From NCBI GenBank assembly GCA_963837955.1, contig CAWIPH010000002.1, positions 2,688,001-2,752,000 of the forward strand: DNA of 64,000 nt, written 5' to 3'. The translations under genes were made by a program, and so were the position numbers. This DNA comes from an uncultured Verrucomicrobiae bacterium. Lineage in GTDB: Bacteria > Verrucomicrobiota > Verrucomicrobiia > Chthoniobacterales > JAFAMB01. Positions 58,349 to 64,000 of the stretch are shown here, one piece after another. Below the pieces are notes generated by a model. The model saw only the letters and a list, made by a program, of their open reading frames with translations. It was not told where the DNA came from and made no database searches. The stretch's first letter is position 1; each line of letters opens with the position of its first letter.

Positions 58349-60064
58349 ATGAAGCCTGGCGTCCTTCTTAGTCTCGTGCTTTGCGGATGTACCGTAACTT
58401 CGTTCGGTCAAGTGGATCGAATTACAGGCAAGCATTTCGCGACGCGATCCGAGGTAATTGCGGTCCACGGAATGGCAGCGACCGCCCAGCCGCTTGCCAG
58501 CCAAATCGCTATCGACATTCTGAAGCAAGGAGGGTCGGCCGTTGACGCGGCCATCGCCGCAAATGCAGCGCTCGGTCTGATGGAGCCGATCAGTTGCGGC
58601 GTCGGCGGCGATCTCTTCGCGATAGTCTGGGACGCCAAGAGCCAAAAACTCTATGGGATCAATGGAAGTGGTCACTCGCCCCTGGGCCTTTCTTATGAGC
58701 AAATGAAGTCGGAATTGGACAAGCTCGGTCTGAAGCAAATTCCGAAGTTTGGCTTTTTACCGATCAGCGTGCCAGGAACGGTCGACGCCTGGTTCGAGCT
58801 TCACCAAAAATTCGGCAAGCTTCCGATCAGTCAAGACCTGGCCCCGGCTATTCAGTACGCTGAAGAGGGCTTTCCGGTCAGCGAATTGATCGCTTACTAT
58901 TGGGGCAGGAACGTTGCGATATTGGCCAAACAGCCAGGAGCAATTCTTCAGACCTATACGGTAAACGGCAAACCTCCGGCCAAAGGCGACATCTTTCGAA
59001 ATCCCGATTTAGCCCATACCTATCGCCTTCTCGCAGAAAAGGGACGCGACGCTTTTTATAACGGCGAGGTCGCGGAAAAGATCGACGCGTTCTTTCGCGC
59101 GAACGGCGGCTATCTGCGCAAAACCGATTTTGCGGCACACCGCTCAGAATGGGTCGAGCCCGTCTCCACGAATTACCGCGGCTACGATGTCTACGAGCTT
59201 CCGCCGAATACGCAGGGTGCTACTACCCTCGAGATGCTCAATATCCTGGAGGGCTACGATCTCAAAACGATGGGTTTCGGGAAGGCTGACACTTTGCACG
59301 TGATGATTGAAGCCAAGAAGCTGGCCTTCGAAGATCGGGCACGGTCTTTTGGAGATCCGGCTTTTTCCCGAGCGCCCTTGGAAACATTGCTTTCGAAGGA
59401 ATATGCCGCTCAGCGACGAAATCTCATCGACTTGCAGCACGCTGCGCAACGCTATGACGCCGGCGTTGGAAAGCTGGCCCAAGGCGATACCACTTATTTC
59501 TGCGTAGCGGATAAGGAGGGAAACATGATCTCGATCATTCAAAGCAACTATCGTGGCATGGGTTCCGGCATCGTGGTTCCGGGTCTTGGCTTTGGGTTTC
59601 AGGATCGCGGCGAGTTGTTCACGATGGAGCTGGGTCATCCTAACGTGTATGCGCCAGGTAAGCGGCCGTTCCACACACTCATTCCCGGATTCGTCATGAA
59701 GCAAAACCAACCATGGCTTTCTTTCGGTGTAATGGGCGGCGACATGCAACCTCAGGGCCATGTCCAGGTCCTCACTAATCTGATCGATTTCGGGATGAAT
59801 CTTCAGGAAGCGGGCGACGCGCCGCGCTGGCACCATGAAGGATCTTCAGAGCCGACTGGAGAGGTTATGAACAACGGCGGGTACGTCGAAGTCGAAACTG
59901 GATTCCCGTATGAAAGCATCCGCGAATTGATGAACCGGCGACACAACGTCCGTTTCGATCTTGGTGGCTACGGCGGGTACCAGGCGATCATGCGCGACCC
60001 GGCAACCGGCGTCTACTACGGTGCCTCCGAGAGTCGTAAGGACGGCTGCGCTATCGGCTACTAG
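58349..60064 (+). CDS. ggt: Gamma-glutamyltransferase
   Basis: GGSAVDAAIA, GVGGDLF, VPGTV, nucleophile region GDTTYF, PGKRPFHT, GVMGGDMQPQ, RKDG. Confidence 0.95.
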   Translation: MKPGVLLSLVLCGCTVTSFGQVDRITGKHFATRSEVIAVHGMAATAQPLASQIAIDILKQGGSAVDAAIAANAALGLMEPISCGVGGDLFAIVWDAKSQKLYGINGSGHSPLGLSYEQMKSELDKLGLKQIPKFGFLPISVPGTVDAWFELHQKFGKLPISQDLAPAIQYAEEGFPVSELIAYYWGRNVAILAKQPGAILQTYTVNGKPPAKGDIFRNPDLAHTYRLLAEKGRDAFYNGEVAEKIDAFFRANGGYLRKTDFAAHRSEWVEPVSTNYRGYDVYELPPNTQGATTLEMLNILEGYDLKTMGFGKADTLHVMIEAKKLAFEDRARSFGDPAFSRAPLETLLSKEYAAQRRNLIDLQHAAQRYDAGVGKLAQGDTTYFCVADKEGNMISIIQSNYRGMGSGIVVPGLGFGFQDRGELFTMELGHPNVYAPGKRPFHTLIPGFVMKQNQPWLSFGVMGGDMQPQGHVQVLTNLIDFGMNLQEAGDAPRWHHEGSSEPTGEVMNNGGYVEVETGFPYESIRELMNRRHNVRFDLGGYGGYQAIMRDPATGVYYGASESRKDGCAIGY

Positions 60065-60106
60065 AGTTGGCTGGCGATGACTCGATAGCGCCTGAATTAT
60101 GGAGCC

Positions 60107-60151
60107 TCATAGGTCACATGCGACTCATAAGTCTCATGCGACCCACGAATC
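60107..60151. repeat. 9-mer tandem array, complement of the 39401 family
   Basis: TCATAGGTC ACATGCGAC TCATAAGTC TCATGCGAC CCACGAATC. Confidence 0.65.
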
Positions 60152-60285
60152 CTACGGCACCACCAATCAAATATGGATAACCTAATAACATGTTAATTTT
60201 CTGTTTGTTTTTTCTTGCCCTCTGCAAATGGATCCGCTAACATCTGGATTAATAAGTTCGTTCAAAATCGAAGAGATTAAATGAT

Positions 60286-60744
60286 ATGGGCGTAGAAGAA
60301 TCGCTAATCGGCGGAACCGTTAAAGCTGGAAGTCGCAAAGTCCCGGTTTTAGGTATCGCCATCGGAGCAGCGGAGACTGCCAAAAACGGATGGGACGCGA
60401 AAAGTGCTTTCAAGCGTGCTCTGGATCCTAACCGCAGCGAACAGGAGCGCATTGCAGCAATTCGAATAGCAAAAATCTACGGACGCCGCGCAATGTTCAA
60501 AGCGGGTAGCACCATCGCCGCTCAGATCCCGGGGTACGGCACAATTGCTTCATTAGCGGTGGATGGCGCGGACATCGTCTTGCGCACTATGGAAGGTGAT
60601 CCGCAGAAGATTGAGAAGCCGTCGTCAGAGAAAATAGCCAACAAGAAGAGAAGTACCGAGGCGTTCATGCAAACGATGCGTGAACAGGCAGCCAAAGAGA
60701 ATTTGCACGGTAACAATCAAACACAATCGATAAGGCAGTCATAG
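60286..60744 (+). CDS. Hypothetical protein (orphan)
   Basis: 152-aa ATG ORF after an AT-rich upstream stretch, filling the gap between ggt and the MOSC gene; no family recognised. Confidence 0.6.
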   Translation: MGVEESLIGGTVKAGSRKVPVLGIAIGAAETAKNGWDAKSAFKRALDPNRSEQERIAAIRIAKIYGRRAMFKAGSTIAAQIPGYGTIASLAVDGADIVLRTMEGDPQKIEKPSSEKIANKKRSTEAFMQTMREQAAKENLHGNNQTQSIRQS

Positions 60745-60819
60745 CGTTCGATAGAATCGTGCTGAAAGGCGCTTCCTATCCCGGCCAACCAAACAAGGTT
60801 GCCACAAAATTGGGCAGCT

Positions 60820-61293
60820 CTAACCGGTACGTCGCAACACCCCACCCCGCACAATCGCCGCACGCAGACCGCCATTTCCTTTAAGTGCAGTGTGCGCACC
60901 AGGACCGAAAGCGCGTTCCATCCAATAACAAGGGCGGCACTCTTCCGTTCCCCGGAACTGGAGGCCCTGGATCTCAAACGTCTCACCGATCAAATCGTTC
61001 AAATTCACTCCGCGGGTGATCACGTTGCGGCGAAATACTTCAGTCGGACGATCCCAAACGTCGAGCTTGAGGCAAAGCTCGTCGTAAACCTCCTCGGCAA
61101 AGAAAGTGATCTGACCCTTGTAGTTTTCGCTGAAACCAAAATAACGGTCTCCCTCGATTCCTTCGCCGACGACACACTGAATCTCGTTAACTTCTTGCGC
61201 GGGATGGCTGGATGGCTCTTTCCCGTGGTGGCCGACAAAGTTGTGACCAGGAGAGATGTAAAGATGCCGAATATCGAATTCAACTAGTACCAC
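60820..61293 (-). CDS. MOSC-domain protein
   Basis: LYISPGHNF.GH, GIEGDRY, FRRNVI, ECRPCYWM, GGLRA. Confidence 0.88.
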   Translation of the reverse strand: MVLVEFDIRHLYISPGHNFVGHHGKEPSSHPAQEVNEIQCVVGEGIEGDRYFGFSENYKGQITFFAEEVYDELCLKLDVWDRPTEVFRRNVITRGVNLNDLIGETFEIQGLQFRGTEECRPCYWMERAFGPGAHTALKGNGGLRAAIVRGGVLRRTG

Positions 61294-61332
61294 ACTTTAG
61301 AATAAACGCTTCGGTCCTTCCTGCCAAATGAG

Positions 61333-61617
61333 GAACGCCGAGAGCGCGCCGAGAACGCCGGGAACGCCGGGAACGCCGGGAACGCCGGGAACGCCGACAA
61401 TGTGATGAACGCTGAGAACGAAAAGCAAGTCGAGAATGCGTGAACGCAAGGAATGTGTGGGAGTCCGATCAACTTCCTCTCAGCCGCCAGGGGTCGATTC
61501 TGCGAGCGATCGCTAAACTACTGTTCGCCGGTGTCGTCGTCGTTCCCGGGGTCGCGGCGCTGTCGGCGTTCTCGGCGCTCTCGGCGTTCCCGGCGATGAC
61601 GGCGCTCTCGGCGTTCC
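61333..61617. repeat. Two inverted arrays of the 9-mer GAACGCCG(G/A) in a divergent intergenic region
   Basis: Four perfect GAACGCCGG units at 61353-61388 within a decaying array; complementary (T/C)CGGCGTTC-type units at about 61531-61617. Confidence 0.8.
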
Positions 61618-61632
61618 AAGTGCTCCTCCCCG

Positions 61633-61661
61633 TTGCAGACCTCGAGAAGCGCAGTTATCCT
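61633..61661 (+). promoter_or_regulatory. Possible sigma70-type promoter for fdhD
   Basis: TTGCAG-N17-TATCCT ending 26 nt upstream of ATG 61688; motif match only. Confidence 0.35.
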
Positions 61662-61687
61662 AATAGGTGGCTTCGCCTGAAGACACC

Positions 61688-62536
61688 ATGCTGGTAGGAT
61701 CGAAACGACTCACGATCGAACGGTTTAGCGCAGAGCGACCTCCGCAAAACGCTAGTGACACAGTGACGGTCGAAGAGCCGTTGGAGATCCGTGTTCGATT
61801 TCGCCGCGGCCCAAACGTTGTTCAAAAACCGGTTTCGGTGACCATGCGTACACCGGGATCCGATCGGGAACTCGCGGTGGGATTTTTATTTACGGAGGGA
61901 ATTGTCCACGCAGCCGCTTGGATTGAAGCCAGTGATGTCGAAAGTGACAAAGAAAACTCGATACTCCTGTCCCTGAATCAAGAGGTCGACTTGAAACGGC
62001 TGGAACGGCACTTTTATACCTCTTCGAGCTGTGGCATTTGCGGAAAGACCTCAATCGAGGCGCTCGCTATTAATCGTGAGATTTCTCTCCCCGATCGCAC
62101 GCCGCAGGTGAGCGTCGAAACAGTATTAGCCCTCCCAGAGAGACTTCTTGAGCAGCAGGCCCATTTTTCGAAGACGGGAGGCCTGCATGCCGCGGCGTTG
62201 CTCAGTTCAGATGGAAAGATCCGCGCGATCCGCGAAGATATCGGGAGACACAATGCCGTAGATAAGGTGATTGGTCACGCCCTGCTCTCAAAAGCGATCG
62301 ATCTCTCGGACTCTATCCTTATGGTGAGCGGTCGGGCAGGCTTTGAGTTGGTTCAGAAAGCCATCATGGCGGGTATTCCAATCATGGCGGCGGTCGGAGC
62401 CCCTTCTTCGCTGGCGGTGGAACTTGCGCGACGCTACGATCTCACCTTAATCGGTTTTCTGCGAGGCACCCGTTTCAACCTCTATTCGGGTCGCCAACGA
62501 ATGCCGGCGGCGGCTGAGCAGTTCGCGACTACTTAG
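61688..62536 (+). CDS. fdhD: Formate dehydrogenase accessory sulfurtransferase FdhD
   Basis: EEPLEI, TMRTPG, SSCGICG, TGGLHAA, EDIGRHNAVDK, SGRAGFELVQK, APSSLAV. Confidence 0.95.
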   Translation: MLVGSKRLTIERFSAERPPQNASDTVTVEEPLEIRVRFRRGPNVVQKPVSVTMRTPGSDRELAVGFLFTEGIVHAAAWIEASDVESDKENSILLSLNQEVDLKRLERHFYTSSSCGICGKTSIEALAINREISLPDRTPQVSVETVLALPERLLEQQAHFSKTGGLHAAALLSSDGKIRAIREDIGRHNAVDKVIGHALLSKAIDLSDSILMVSGRAGFELVQKAIMAGIPIMAAVGAPSSLAVELARRYDLTLIGFLRGTRFNLYSGRQRMPAAAEQFATT

Positions 62537-62557
62537 CTTGCAAGCATCAGCGCTGCC

Positions 62558-64000
62558 ATGGCTCAGCACAACTCGTCGTCTAATCACGGCCGAATCGTGC
62601 GTTCGTCGCAGCAGAAAGGACCTGATCGCGATTTGATGCCTGATGGATCGGTGCCAGGATCGCAGTCACCGATAGAGCCTGATCCGGCCGAACAAGCAAA
62701 GCGCCATAAAGTCGCGGGCGGTTTTGGAGCGATCGTGCAAACCACGCGCTACGTCATAGGAAGAATGGGAGTGACTCGCGGTACCTCGACGTTGCTCCGG
62801 CTAAATAAGGTTCACGGGTTTGATTGCCAGAGCTGCGCTTGGCCAAGTCCCGATGACCATCGCCATATCGCAGAGTTTTGTGAAAACGGCGCCAAGGCGA
62901 TATCGGATGAAGGGACGTTGCGCCGATTGACGCCTGAGTTTTTCGCGAAACACAGTATCCATCAACTCCTCCTGATGTCTGACTTCTGGCTCAACGAGCA
63001 AGGTCGGTTGATCCATCCGATGATTTTACGAGTCAGGTCCAAGCATTATGAACCCATCTCTTGGGACGAAGCATTCTCCCTTATCGCGGAAGAGTTGAAT
63101 CGGCTCGGATCCCCCCATCAAGCCGCGTTCTACACATCTGGAAGGACCAGTAATGAAGCAGCTTATCTCTACCAACTCTTCGCCCGGCAGTTCGGGACGA
63201 ATAACCTCCCGGACTGTTCCAACATGTGCCACGAATCGAGCGGCGCTGCTTTATCGGAAACGATTGGGAGCGCTAAAGGCACCGTGACCCTGTATGATTT
63301 CGACATAGCCGAGGCAATTTTTATCGTCGGCCAGAATCCGGGCACTAACCATCCCCGGATGTTAACTTCTCTGGAACGAGCAAAAAAGCGCGGCGCGAAA
63401 ATCGTAAGCATTAATCCGCTCCCTGAGACCGGCAATTTTCGGTTTAAGAATCCGCAAGACTTCAAAAACCCGGTAACTGCGCTGAAGTCCACCTTTGGTA
63501 GTGGCACTCACCTTTCCGATTTGTGGTTGCCGGTAAAAATCAACGGCGATCTCGCCTTGTTTAAAGGCATCATGAAAGAGATGCTTGCGGCCGAAGACCA
63601 AAAGCCTGGATCGGTTTTCGATCACGATTTCATCACAAGGTACACCGACGGTTTTGAACCTTTCATCGATTCGCTTCGGACCGCTCCGTGGGAGCCGGTT
63701 CTCGCGAGCTGCGGGTTGACCCGCGATCAGATCCGGCCGGCGGCGCAAATTGCGATGAACGCGAAGAGTATCATCTGTTGCTGGGCGATGGGCCTCACCC
63801 AACACCGCAACGCCGTGGCTACTCTGAGAGAAATCGTTAACTTTCTGCTGCTGTGCGGAAATATTGGGCGACCCGGCGCGGGCCCTTGCCGTGTGTGCGG
63901 CCATAGCAACGTACAGGGTGACCGGACGATGGGTATCTGGGGACAGCCGTCACCTGAGCTTCTCGATAAGTTGGCGGAACGGTATCACTTCGAGCCGCCT
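62558..64000 (+). CDS. Second FdhF/YdeP-family molybdopterin oxidoreductase (3' end outside the window)
   Basis: Own translation from ATG 62558 (alternative 62636): GFDCQSCAWP, EFCENGAKA, FYTSGRTSNEAAY, GTNNLPDCSNMCHES, WAMGLTQH, GHSNVQGDRTMG. Not in the ORF track. Confidence 0.9.
   Translation, partial: MAQHNSSSNHGRIVRSSQQKGPDRDLMPDGSVPGSQSPIEPDPAEQAKRHKVAGGFGAIVQTTRYVIGRMGVTRGTSTLLRLNKVHGFDCQSCAWPSPDDHRHIAEFCENGAKAISDEGTLRRLTPEFFAKHSIHQLLLMSDFWLNEQGRLIHPMILRVRSKHYEPISWDEAFSLIAEELNRLGSPHQAAFYTSGRTSNEAAYLYQLFARQFGTNNLPDCSNMCHESSGAALSETIGSAKGTVTLYDFDIAEAIFIVGQNPGTNHPRMLTSLERAKKRGAKIVSINPLPETGNFRFKNPQDFKNPVTALKSTFGSGTHLSDLWLPVKINGDLALFKGIMKEMLAAEDQKPGSVFDHDFITRYTDGFEPFIDSLRTAPWEPVLASCGLTRDQIRPAAQIAMNAKSIICCWAMGLTQHRNAVATLREIVNFLLLCGNIGRPGAGPCRVCGHSNVQGDRTMGIWGQPSPELLDKLAERYHFEPP

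Noticed and set aside
61284..61697. ORFs 61284-61472 (-) and 61440-61697 (+) with SAF/PAF repeats
   Set aside because: They are in-frame read-outs of 9-mer DNA arrays; no independent coding evidence.

Overview
64 kb of GC-rich bacterial chromosome. The gene content (STK-paired ECF sigma factor, DUF5069 paralogues, Gly-rich peptidoglycan-binding protein, panC-nadB) suggests a soil Verrucomicrobiota/Chthoniobacterales-like organism; this is inference only. Most of the window is housekeeping or metabolic: a RecQ-like HRDC 3' end, TPP riboswitch + thiC, nadB/panC, treS-mak, Glu dehydrogenase, prpE, korAB, a three-gene pnt operon, two FdhF/YdeP-type molybdoenzymes with MOSC, FdhD and an OFA transporter, queDE and ggt. 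It also holds a type II secretion/pseudopilus operon with no gspE, gspF or gspO in the window. Poorly understood systems: (i) a CP-ATP-grasp/alpha-E + transglutaminase + transglutaminase-DUF2126 peptide-ligation module split by about 5.5 kb of unrelated genes; (ii) a standalone NqrB/RnfD-like membrane protein paired with an exported CxxC-containing DUF2330-like protein; (iii) an ECF sigma factor/Ser-Thr kinase pair. The most striking raw-sequence signal is intergenic. There are several REP/REPIN-like palindrome families and 7-9-mer tandem arrays. Two clear miniature IS-end-bounded elements and one one-ended candidate (4-bp CTAG or 10-bp flanking duplications) carry REP doublets as cargo, and two of the three sit inside REP hairpins. 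No rRNA, tRNA, CRISPR array or transposase gene was recognised. All product calls come from motif recognition by eye; no database search was run.
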